From NCBI RefSeq assembly GCF_006345805.1, contig NW_021836447.1, forward strand, positions 1 through 25,980: a DNA stretch of 25,980 nucleotides. Direction: 5' to 3'. The notes below the pieces were generated by a model, which was not told the origin of the DNA, searched no databases, and saw nothing but the letters and a program-made list of their open reading frames with translations. Source of the DNA: Octopus sinensis. Its lineage: Eukaryota. The position numbers and the translations under genes are program-made. Positions 1-10,019 of this stretch are shown here, piece by piece (within the stretch, counting starts at the first letter, position 1; the number at the start of each line of letters is the position of its first letter).

Positions 1-16
1 TATGCAAGACTAGGCA

Positions 17-44
17 TGCATATATATTATATATAATGTATATA

Positions 45-82
<38 letters not shown>

Positions 83-150
83 TGTGGGTGTATATATATA
101 CATATATATATATATATAATACGTATATGTATATATATAATATATACATT
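17..150. repeat. (TA)n microsatellite
   Basis: Direct reading of an imperfect TA run. Confidence 0.9.
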
Positions 151-152
151 AT

Positions 153-556
153 AGGAGTGGCACTGTGGTAAGTAGCTTGCTAACCAACCACATGCTAACC
201 AACCACATGCTTCGGGTTCAGTCCCACTGCGTGGCATCTTGGGCAAGTGTCTTCTTCTATAGCCCCGGGCGACCAATGCCTTGTGAGTGGATTTGGTAGA
301 CGGAAACTGAAAGAAGCCTGTCGTATATATGTAATATATATATATATATGTGTGTATGTGTCTGTGTTTGTCCCCCTAGCATTGCTTGACAACCGATGCT
401 GGTGTGTTTACATCCCCGTCACTTAGCGGATCGGCATAAGAGGCCGATAGAATAAGTACTGGGCTTACAAAAGAATAAGTTCCGGGGTCGATTGTCTCGA
501 CTAAAGGCGGTGCTCCAGCATGGCCGCAGTCAAATGACTGAAACAAGTAAAAGAGA
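153..556 (+). mobile_element. tRNA-derived SINE, family A (cephalopod-like), with internal TA/TG tract
   Basis: Pol III A-box-like TGTGGTAAGTAG and B-box-like GGTTCAGTCCC in the head; body and tail (GGCGGTGCTCCAGCATGGCC...CTGAAAC) recur at 8229-8787, 16102-16207 (-) and 23478-23615 (-). Confidence 0.8.
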
Positions 557-744
557 GAGTATATATATATACATATGTATATGTATATATATATATATAC
601 ATTATATATATATATGCTTCTGTATGTGTGTGTTTATGAATCACTGATTTAATTCCAATAATGGCGGTGTATCACAGCAGGATATATTAAGCTCTTCTTT
701 TAATATATATATATCTCCCCTTTATATGTAAGTGTGTGCATATA

Positions 745-2030
745 CGAGGGGCGTTCAATAAGTAATGCCTCTGACCCACTTCCCATAGCAATAGAGCAAC
801 GAAACTTGGCACAGTTATTAGTCTTTTTCTACATAGGAACCACCCAGAGTTACGCATTTCTCCCATCGTTTGATGCAGCTCTGGAGACCATTTTTGTAGA
901 AGACCCCAGCTTGGCCCTTCAACCACGACGTGACTTCAGAAATCAAGGCTGCATCATCTGGGAAACGCTTTCCTTTCAAAAACAACTTCATGGCTGGGAA
1001 AGGTGAAAATCCGAGGGTGCAAGGTCAGGAGAGTAGGGAGATGGGGGATGAGTTCATAGCCGCACGGACCTGGTTGCTTCTGATCTGGCGACACGCGAGT
1101 TGTGAACCGGAGCGTTGTCCTGCAAGAGGATGATGCCTTTGCTGATCTTGCCCCGCCTCTTGATTTTGATAGCTTCTCTTAATTTCTTCAAAAGTGAAGC
1201 ATAATAGGCTCCTGTAATTGTGGCACCCTTTGCCAGAACTCTGTCATCAATACTCCGTCCTGGTCCCAGAAGACTGTGAGCATGACCTTGCCAGCAGAGG
1301 GCTGCACCCTTGCTTCTTTGGAGGAGGTGAGTCACGGTGTGTCCACTGCAGTGACTGGGCTTTGGTCTCTGGATCATAGTGATGCAGCCAGGTTTCATCA
1401 TCTGTGTATCAAGTCTTTTGAAAAAATTTGACTCATCTTCTTGGCACATCTCCAAATTCATCCTCGAGCAATCGACACGTTCTTTCTTCTGGAAAGATAG
1501 AGCACCCTGGGAATCCATCTGGCAGACCCTTTGCATAGTGCAAATGGTCATGAATGATAGTTTCCACAAACCCGTACTAATCTTGACCTCATGGGCTATT
1601 TGGCGAATAGGTTATGCGTCGATCTTTCCAAATGGCAGCCTCAACATGACGGACAGATGCCTCATCAATGGCAGAGAGGGGCACCCACATTTGGGAGCTG
1701 TTTCCAGCAAGTTCCGACCATGTTTGAATTCACGATGCCAGCGTTTTACAAGGTCATATGATGGGCATCATCACCATAATTTACTTCATTTCATGAAAAT
1801 CTCCCGTGGTGTGCGTTCTTTCAAATCAAAAACCGGATCACTGCTCGACACTCAACAGGCTCCATTTCACACTTGACTCAGTTCAAACACCTGTAAATCA
1901 GAAACCACAATTAGTTTCAGAGCTGTAATTTGCCACTTAATCTATAAAGATATAATAATTGTACATGCAAAGTTTCAGCTAGATCAAACACTGCAGTGGG
2001 TCAGGAGCATTACTTATTGAACGCCCCTCG
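745..2030 (-). mobile_element. Full-length mariner DNA transposon (1,286 bp)
   Basis: 36-bp TIRs (745-780 and 1995-2030) matching at 34/36 with the first 24 perfect; TA duplication at 743-744 and 2031-2032; transposase remnants inside. Confidence 0.95.
818..1865 (-). pseudogene. Frameshifted mariner DD34D transposase
   Basis: Manual minus-strand translation gives MEPVECRAVIRFL..., DETWLHHYDPETK, LQDNAPVH and YSPDLAPSDFHLF...KRWEKCV...YVEKD*; several single-base frameshifts. Confidence 0.9.
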
Positions 2031-2157
2031 TATGTGCGTGTGTGTATGTGTGTGTGTGCATCAATTCGTACGTCTGTGTCTAAGTGCACCTAAGTCTATA
2101 ATTCTGTGTGATTTTGTCTCTATATGTCATCAAATCTGTATATGTGTGTGTGTGTAC

Positions 2158-2190
<33 letters not shown>

Positions 2191-2339
2191 CTATATAATA
2201 TATATATATATATATATAACAATTTGGAATGGCCTAAACAGGCCATTTCGTCCACCAGAAAGAGCAGCCAGAACTCCAACCGCCAGTAGTGTAATTCGGA
2301 AATAAGGTGAAAATTTAAAAAAACATTTACCCTAATTCA

Positions 2340-2439
2340 TCTTTTATACGATGCATCGTTTTCAGTGTCTTTAATGATAGACCAGCTTAATTAAATTAAT
2401 TAAGCTAGTCTACCATAGGTCACACTTCATCAGTAAAGA
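2340..2439 (-). ncRNA. Type I hammerhead ribozyme motif, copy 1 (one extra A after GAAA)
   Basis: Minus strand: UCUUUA-CUGAUGA-AGUGU[long hairpin]ACACU-GAAAA-CGAUGCAUCG-UA-UAAAAGA. Confidence 0.7.
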
Positions 2440-2807
2440 AACCTGGGAGAGACGGATATACACGAGGCGACTGTATCAATGCCTCGGGAATATCTGTCTT
2501 AAAATTTTCAAGACCAACGCATCGCGCCAAACTTATCGGCAGCAATATAAACTGCCGATTCAATCTCAAAATTAGTCACAAAATTATCAATTAATCAATT
2601 TAGGGTAGCAAAAAATTCAGTAAAATTTATCGCTACCAGCGGCCTGGTGGAAAAGAGAAAATAGTCAAAGACTAAATATATAAATATAACAATTTAGGAA
2701 TGGCCTAAACAGCCATTCGGTCAACCAGAAAGAAGCAGCCAGAACTCCACCGCCAAGTAGTGTAATTCGAAATAAGGTGAAAATTTAAAAACATTTACCC
2801 TAATTCA

Positions 2808-2906
2808 TCTTTTATACGATGCATCGTTTCAGTGTCTTTAATGATAGACCAGCTTAATTAATTAAATTAAGCTAGTCTACCATAGGTCACACTTCATCAG
2901 TAAAGA
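2808..2906 (-). ncRNA. Type I hammerhead ribozyme motif, copy 2 (canonical core)
   Basis: CUGAUGA (rc 2894-2900), stem II AGUGU/ACACU, GAAA (rc 2827-2830), palindromic stem III CGAUGCAUCG, GUA cleavage triplet, stem I UUUA/UAAA. Confidence 0.8.
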
Positions 2907-3351
2907 AACCTTGGGAGAGACTGATATACACGAGGCGACTGTATCAATGCCTCGGAATATCTGTCTTAAAATTTTCAAGACCAACGCATTCCGCGCCAAA
3001 CTTATCGGCAGCAAAATAAACTGCCGATTCATCTCAGAACAATTACAGTCACAAATTATCAATTAATCAATTTAGGGTAGCAAAAAATTCAGTCAAAATT
3101 TATCATTAAGACACTGAAACGATGCATCGTATAAAAGATGAATTAGGTAAATGTTTTTAAATTTTCACCTTATTTCCGAATTACACTACTTGGCGGTGGA
3201 GTTCTGGCTGCTCTTTCTGGTGGACGAATGGCCTGTTTAGGCCATTCCTAAATTGTTTATAGTTTATATATTAGTCTTTGACTATTTTCTCGTTTCCACC
3301 AGGCCGCTGGTAGCGATAAGTTTTTACTGAATTTTTTGCTACCCTAAATTG

Positions 3352-3411
3352 ATATATATATATATATATATAAATAATTTAAATATATATATATATCTAT
3401 ATATAATATAT

Positions 3412-3442
<31 letters not shown>

Positions 3443-3524
3443 AATAATATATATAAATTATATATATATATATATGTACACACACACACACATATACAGA
3501 TAATATATATATATATATTATTTA

Positions 3525-3558
<34 letters not shown>

Positions 3559-3874
3559 TTTATATAAATTATATATACTATATATATATATATTATATAT
3601 ATATATATATATCTATATATATTATATGTTGTGTGGTGTGTGTATATATTTTTTATGTATATACATATATATTCATGTTTAATTTAGATATATATATACA
3701 TATGTATTATAATAATATGTATATATATTATTGTATATGTAATATATATATATTGTATCTATGTGTATATATATTATACATATATATAGATATTATTTCA
3801 ATATATATGCATATATGTACACCAGACATATATAGTTATGTATATATGTGTATATATGTATATATATGTATATA

Positions 3875-3920
<46 letters not shown>
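3352..3920. repeat. Imperfect (TA)n/(CA)n microsatellite block
   Basis: Direct reading. Confidence 0.9.
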
Positions 3921-3921
<1 letters not shown>

Positions 3922-4032
3922 ATCATTTATTACATACTCTGAGTATATAATAAACTTCGGTTTTTCCTTTTCATAGAAAAAAAAATCTATCTTTATTCCT
4001 TCTTTTGCTGGTGTCTCAAATTTAGGTTAAAT

Positions 4033-4092
4033 CAGTGTTTCTCAAAGGGGAGGCCTATGGGACAGTCGGAGAAGTTGTTTTGAGAAAATTTG
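4033..4092. mobile_element. Possible tiny hAT-derived MITE remnant
   Basis: CAGTGTTTCTCAAA at the left end, TTTGAGAAAATTTG at the right (11/14 to the expected reverse complement); flanking 8-mers GGTTAAAT and GTTTAAGT match at 6/8. Confidence 0.35.
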
Positions 4093-4453
4093 GTTTAAGT
4101 GTTTAACAACTCAGCACCGTCTATTGGACGGGGTGCATTTTGCTGGTACATATATGTACATATATATATATACATAAATATATACCTTCATAACGCGGAG
4201 TAGATGAAACAGGCGACTGAAGAAGGGGAATTTTCCTTGTGTTGTATGTCCTGCACTCTATATTTTCGTTGTTTAAGAAAAATGTCCATTTCCTTGGTTT
4301 TGTGTTTATGTTTTCGTTTCTCATTGTGTTCGACGATTTTTTGGTGTCCTGTACCCATATATGCATGCATATATACATGTAGAGGTAGGTACGTACATAT
4401 ATGTATGTATATATGCATATGTTTTATTTATTAATTTGTTATTATATATATAT

Positions 4454-6507
4454 AGCAGTGAAAAGTCCCGCCTGAAAATAAAACTGTTAGAAATTGAAAA
4501 TTGTCTGCAACTCTCCCATGAGAAGGAGAGAGCAGCAAAGAAGCCTGGGCTATAGACAACATAAAATCTAACCCCAGAGCTTTCTACTACAGGTATGCCA
4601 AAGAAACAGCTACGGTGCACTGTAGGATAGGGCCACTCCTTGAAAAGGATGGCACACTCACAGGAAACCAATGAGGTAAGTGAAATACTGAATGAACAAT
4701 TCAAGAGTGTTTTCACCCCACCCCTTGGGCATTTCCAAATCAGCAATCCAACTGACTTCTTTACCACTGCAGATATAGAATCAGAGGCGGCGACGATAAT
4801 TACATCGATATAAAGGAAGACGATGTAACCAAGGCTATAGATGAAATGAAAACAGACTCAGCTATTGGCCCCGATGGATTCCCGGCAATCCTCCTAAAAG
4901 TATGTAAGAGAGTCCTAGCAAGACCACTACAGTTCCTCTTTCAGAGCTTCCTTGCAGCTGGCAAACTTCCAAGAAAACTGAGGAAGGTAAAATATATGCC
5001 CTATTCATAAAGGAGGTAGGCATAGCGGAGGCAAGAACTACAGACCTATCTCTCTGACCTCACACATCAGCAAGGTCATGGAACGATGTCAGAAGAAACT
5101 AATCAACCTTCCTTGAAGAAAATGACTTGCTGCCTGACACCCAACATGGTTTCCGACCAGGAAGAAGCTGCTTAACTCAGCTCCTGCAGCACTATGACTG
5201 GGTGCTGAACAACTGCTCACCACTCAATGTGGAGTCATATATCTCGACTTCGCAAAGGCCTTCGATAAAGTCGATCATGGAATGATATGTCACAAACTGC
5301 GTGATCTTGGCATAGTTGGAAAACTAGAGAAGAATGGCTTCATGACTTTCTGAAGAAAGAAGTCAGGTGGTAGCAGCCAATGGGGCCACTTCCATTAGCA
5401 CGCAAATAGTGAGCGGTGTCCACAGGGCACTGTTTTGGGACCACTACTGTTCATAATGGCCCTCTCAGACATGCCCTCAGCCACGCGGAGAGCCACGATC
5501 ACAAGTTATGCAGATGATACAAAAGTTTCACAGGCAATACAGAACCCTGAAGACACTAAGCACCTGCAATGTGAGCTGGACGAAATATACAAGTGGGCTG
5601 AAAAAGAATAGCATGCAGTTCAATGCTGAAAAAGTTTCAAGCTTTATACTATCAGCATGCAAAACTGAATGCAATACCCAATGAATACACTGGACCCGAG
5701 GGATTGCAATCCCAGAGGCACAATCATGCGTGACCTGGGTATTCACATGAGTGATGACGCGACCTTTCATGTACATGTTACTAAACTGACAATGAAATGC
5801 AGACGGCTGGCTGGATGGATTCTTAGAACCTTTAGAACAAGAGAACAAGAAACCATGATGCTCCTCTGGAAGACACTTGTCCTAAGCCACTTTGACTATT
5901 GCTCTCAGCTATGGTCACCATCCAGTGTCAAGTTGATCACAGAACTTGAGGCGATCCAACGAAGCTACACGAGAAGATAGCCTCTGTGCAGCATACGAGC
6001 TACTGGGAGAGACTCAAGAGATTAAAGCTCTATTCCCTGGAGCGTAGGCGAGAAAGATATGCCATAATATATATCTGGAAGATCCTGGAAGGTCTTGTCC
6101 CAGACTTTGGCATCGAGAGTCACACACACGCCAGAACCGGACGCCACTGCGAGTACCAGGGACTCCAAATTTGCCATCAAGATGTAGACAAGATATTGTG
6201 ATAGCCTGGGCTTCAGAGGCCCACGGCTCTTCAATGTCCTCCCGAAGAACCTAGGGACCTGCATGGTGTAGATGCGGATGTCTTTAAAGTAGGACTGGAT
6301 CTCTTCCCTGTCAGGTGTCCCGGATGAACCAACTTCACGGCAGGAGGTTGCAGATGAGGGCAGCTGCATCGAACTCTCTCATGCATCAGATGGCGTTTGC
6401 TAAAAGCATCCGTGAGGTAAACCCATGTAGCAAATCAAATGGCGGTGCCCCAGCATGGCCACAGCTCATGAGCTGAAACTGGAAAAATCAAAATCAAAAT
6501 CAAAATC
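4454..6507 (+). mobile_element. 5'-truncated CR1/L2-group LINE (ORF2 linker, RT and C-terminus; frameshifted) with (AAAATC)4 tail
   Basis: Motifs by manual translation: GPDGFP, NYRPISLTSHISKVMER, QHGFRPGRSCLTQLL, YLDFAKAFDKVDH, GTVLGPLLF, YADDTK, YWERLKRLKLYSLERRRERY; tail at 6484-6507. Confidence 0.92.
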
Positions 6508-6517
6508 ATATATATAT

Positions 6518-6650
6518 ATAGTTGAAATGTACACAAAAACAAAAGACAAAGACAGGTGTATGAACAACAAGCAGGTGTAATAGTTTGACACCCGGGAAAA
6601 CTGAAAAACTCTTTTACGTTTCGAGCCTTCGCTCTTCAACAGAAAGGAAT
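6518..6650 (-). mobile_element. Short dispersed repeat carrying a minimal hammerhead motif (Penelope-like remnant), copy 1
   Basis: Similar to 10103-10295 and 24091-24245 (ACAAAAGAC.AAGACAGGT...CTTTTACGTTTCGAGCCT.CGCTCTTC..CAGAAAGG). Confidence 0.6.
6611..6646 (-). ncRNA. Minimal type I hammerhead-like motif (CUGUUGA variant)
   Basis: CUUU-CUGUUGA-A-GAGC-GAAG-GCUC-GAAA-CG-UA-AAAG. Confidence 0.55.
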
Positions 6651-6659
6651 TTGAGGAAA

Positions 6660-6851
6660 TACCTACCTACAATACCTACCTACATACCTACCACATACCT
6701 ACATACTACCTACCTACCTACCACCTACCTACATACATACATTACTAACATATATATACATATATATATGATATATATATATATGTTTTTGTAAGTATAA
6801 TGTATGAGATCTATACATAAATGAATATATAAGTATATATATGCGTGTGTG

Positions 6852-6885
<34 letters not shown>

Positions 6886-7360
6886 GAGTTATTATAGATA
6901 TATATACATATGTATATATACACTTATTCGTCTTCCTCTTTCTTCCATCACAATGCATTCAGTACACTCACAATTCGCCTCCCCTCACCCCACGGACCCC
7001 TCCCAGCATTAGTTTTTGCCTCTTGCAACTAATATCTATACTCACTCCTAAATACCCGCCCCTCCGACCGCACCCAACCCGAGCCCAACCCAACCCACCG
7101 CCCTCCACACACACATATACACACGCACATATACACACACACTCAAACACATTTACAAACGGCATATACCGCCAACCGCCCCACCCCGCCTTTACGACCC
7201 TCGTCGTGGTCCGCTCACTCCCCCTCCGACCCCCCTACTAACCCCACCCACCACCACCACCACCACTACCAACTCCAACACAACCGCTGCTACATCCCCC
7301 ACCAGCGTACCATACTCTTGCTCGTCCTTCCCGCCACCCTCTTCATCCTCCCATCAAACC
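6660..7360. repeat. Mixed (TACC)/(TA)/(CA)/C-rich low-complexity sequence
   Basis: Direct reading. Confidence 0.8.
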
Positions 7361-7589
7361 TCCACTATTAAAGATGTCGGGAGTATTTCAACTGTTAAAT
7401 TACTGGCGTTTATTTATCTTAGCTGTTATTAGATCTGCTCATAGCTTTCTTAGACAGACAGACAGCCAGGCAGGCAGGCAGGCAGACAGGCAGGCAGGCG
7501 GAGAGGAATGGCCTCAGACTCCGTTTTGTAACATCAATAAGTACGATTAGTAAGAGCGATTGTAATAACGCTATACCAGCTCTGTTGGT

Positions 7590-8070
7590 ACTTCGGGAGT
7601 TAGCAGTAGTGTTGGTGGTGGTGGTGGTGCTGGTTTTGGTGGTAGTAGTGTTGGTGGTAGTGGTGGTGGTGGTTTTGGTGGTAGTAGTGTTGGCGGTGGT
7701 GATGGTGGTGGTTTTGGTGGTAGTAGTGTTGGCGGTGGTGATGGTGGTGGTTTTGGTGGTAGTAGTGTTGGCGGTGGTGATGGTGGTTGTGATGGTGGTA
7801 GTAGTAGTGGTAGTGGTAGTGGTGGTGATGGTAGTATTTGTTGTGTTTGTTGTTGTGGTGGTGGTGGTATTCGTAGTGGTGGCGGTGTTGATGTTGGTGG
7901 TGGTAGTGATAGTGGTGATGGTAGTGTTTGTTGTTGTTGTAGGTGGTGGTGGTGGTGTTCGTGGTTTTCGTGGTGGTGGTGGTGGAGGTGGTAATGTTGG
8001 TGGTGGGGGTGGTGGTACTGATAATGTCAGTGGCAGTGGTAGTGCCGGTAGAGGTGGTGGTGGCGGTGGA
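7590..8070. repeat. Degenerate (GGT)n trinucleotide tract with a 39-bp higher-order unit
   Basis: GGTTTTGGTGGTAGTAGTGTTGG at 7632, 7671, 7710 and 7749. Confidence 0.9.
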
Positions 8071-8228
8071 GATAATTATGTTAATAGAGTTTAATAGTAA
8101 AGTAAGTCATTGGAAAAAATGTCCCAAGGGTACCCTCTGCATAGGGAAGGTGTAGCTAAGTGCAGGATATGATACGTGATACGGTGAACTTTTAAATTTT
8201 TTGTTACTGAAATTATATCTGTCTTCCA

Positions 8229-8787
8229 GGCGCGGATGTGGTCGTGTGGTCAAGTACCTTTTCTTTCCAACCGTGTAGTCATGGGTTCAATCCCAAAGAG
8301 CAGCAGCTTAGGGAAGTGTTTCGTACCATAGCCTCGAGCCGATCAAAGCCTTACAAGTGGATTTTGTAGACGAGTAGACTGCCTATTGTATGTATGTATG
8401 TGTGTATGTGTGTGTGTGTGTATGTGTGTGTATGTGTGTGTATGCGTGTGTGTGCATGTGTGTGTATGTATGTGTGTGTGTATGTATGTGTGTGTGTAGG
8501 TATGTGTGTGTGTATGTATGAGTGTATGTATGTGTGTGTGTATGTATGTGTGTGTGTATTTGTGTGTGTAAGTGTGGATGCACGCATATATATATGTGTT
8601 TGTGTTTAACGACCGATGTTGGTATGTTTACGTCGCCGTAACTTAGCGGTTCAGAAAAAGGGACTGATAGAATAAGTACTAGGCTTACGAAGAATAAGGC
8701 CTGGGAGTCGATTTGTTCGACTAAAAGGAGGTGCTACAGCATGGCCGGCAGTCAGATGACTGAAACGTGTAAAAGAATAAAAGAATG
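8229..8787 (+). mobile_element. SINE family A, diverged copy with expanded internal (TG/TATG)n tract
   Basis: Head, core and tail colinear with 153-556; internal microsatellite at about 8388-8600. Confidence 0.75.
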
Positions 8788-8823
8788 AGAGAATAATTAA
8801 TTGAAATTATATTTTTTTATATT

Positions 8824-8985
8824 TCGACCCCGAAAGGATAAAAGGAAAGTCGAGGTCGACTATTCCTGTCATCCTTTCAGGGTCGATAAATTAAGTACCA
8901 GTTACGCACTGGGGTTGATGTAATCGATTTAATCCCTTTGTATGTACTTGTTTGTTCCCTCTATGTTTAGCCCCCTGGTGTAAAG
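8824..8985 (+). mobile_element. SINE family B 3' fragment preceded by a short inverted copy
   Basis: GAGGTCGACT...ATCCTTTCAGGGTCGATAAATTAAGTACCAG...TTTAGCCCC matches the 14926 array unit; 8824-8853 is an inverted duplicate. Confidence 0.7.
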
Positions 8986-9039
8986 ATATTCAAACAAAGG
9001 CAGGCTTCTTAGCTGTTTGTGTTTTTTTTTTGTTTTTGA

Positions 9040-9155
9040 AATCCAATTTGATGAATTGGCGATGGTTTCTACTGACAGGACCGAATACAAGTGCTTGAGG
9101 ACCCTGCTCCACGACCCTCCCAGGAATAGGCGGTTGTGGGGGATAAGATGAGATG
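9040..9155 (+). mobile_element. Possible LINE (RTE-like) extreme 3' end
   Basis: Frame DELAMVSTDRTEYKCLRTLLHDP resembles the LINE C-terminal A.DR..WR motif; ends in AGATGAGATGA. Weak. Confidence 0.25.
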
Positions 9156-9674
9156 AAGGTGTAAAGAATCATAAACATGATTAAAAAGGATCATCCCTAG
9201 AGACAACGAAGTAAACATACTAAATTTAAATTAATGAAATATTTAATTTAATTATCCAGGGACCGTCTAAGAGTTTGAGTTTCACTGTATCTTGAGAAGA
9301 AATTTGTCCGCCATGTTTAGCAGTTTTAACCACACCGTGAAATCTCATTCTTTTGCATCTAGGTATCAGCTGTTGTTGGTTAACCCTTGGTTAGCCTTGG
9401 TTGTGCAGGACCGCGATGAAATGCAATCGAACAGTTATGATCTCGTCGCTTGCTTGATTCTTTCAACGTAAAGAGTTCTGAGAAATACTTCCGCTGGCTC
9501 CACTAACCACTAGTAAGATACATGGATTAATTCATTATTGCTTATCCTCTCCCTTTCTCCTCCAAAATGGACAGTTTTGTGCTTACGTTACAAATCTGTC
9601 GGACCCCAATGGCCGAAGACTAACCACACGTTTGAAACTCAGACTACCAAGGAGACTGAATCAAACTGTTTTGA

Positions 9675-9675
<1 letters not shown>

Positions 9676-9765
<90 letters not shown>

Positions 9766-10019
9766 GATCCATCGATCCATCGATCGATCCATCCATCCTC
9801 CATCCATCTATCTATCTATCTATCAATCTTTTATTTTATTTTATTTATTTATTTTTTTGTTCTTTTCTTCCCTTTTACGATCCCTCTTGATCGAAAACCT
9901 ACGCCATCCCCCCTTTTTTTGTTTCTTTTGTTTTTTTGTTTTTTTCATCCCCCAAAAGAAAAGCTCTACCTTGTAACTTGTCCCATCTGTGTGCAGCCCT
10001 GTGTGGCCAATAAAGAAAC

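Larger units (their letters stand above)
2218..3353 (-). repeat. ~470-bp hairpin-rich unit: two direct copies (2218-2687, 2688-3104) plus an inverted 253-bp segment (3101-3353); Penelope pseudo-LTR or retrozyme-like
   Basis: Direct repeat visible from AACAATTT(A)GGAATGGCC at 2218 and 2688; 3101-3353 is the reverse complement of 2594-2846; each unit carries a hammerhead motif. Confidence 0.85.

Noticed and set aside
4185-4255. CTGAAGA-AGGGGAA-TT-TTCCTT hairpin and upstream TAACGCGG as a hammerhead
   Set aside because: No GAAA after the hairpin and no convincing stem I; at most a decayed Penelope-like remnant
7585-8094. Poly-Val/Gly ORF, and the poly-Thr/His ORF at 22480-23181
   Set aside because: Translations of (GGT)n and (CAC)n simple repeats
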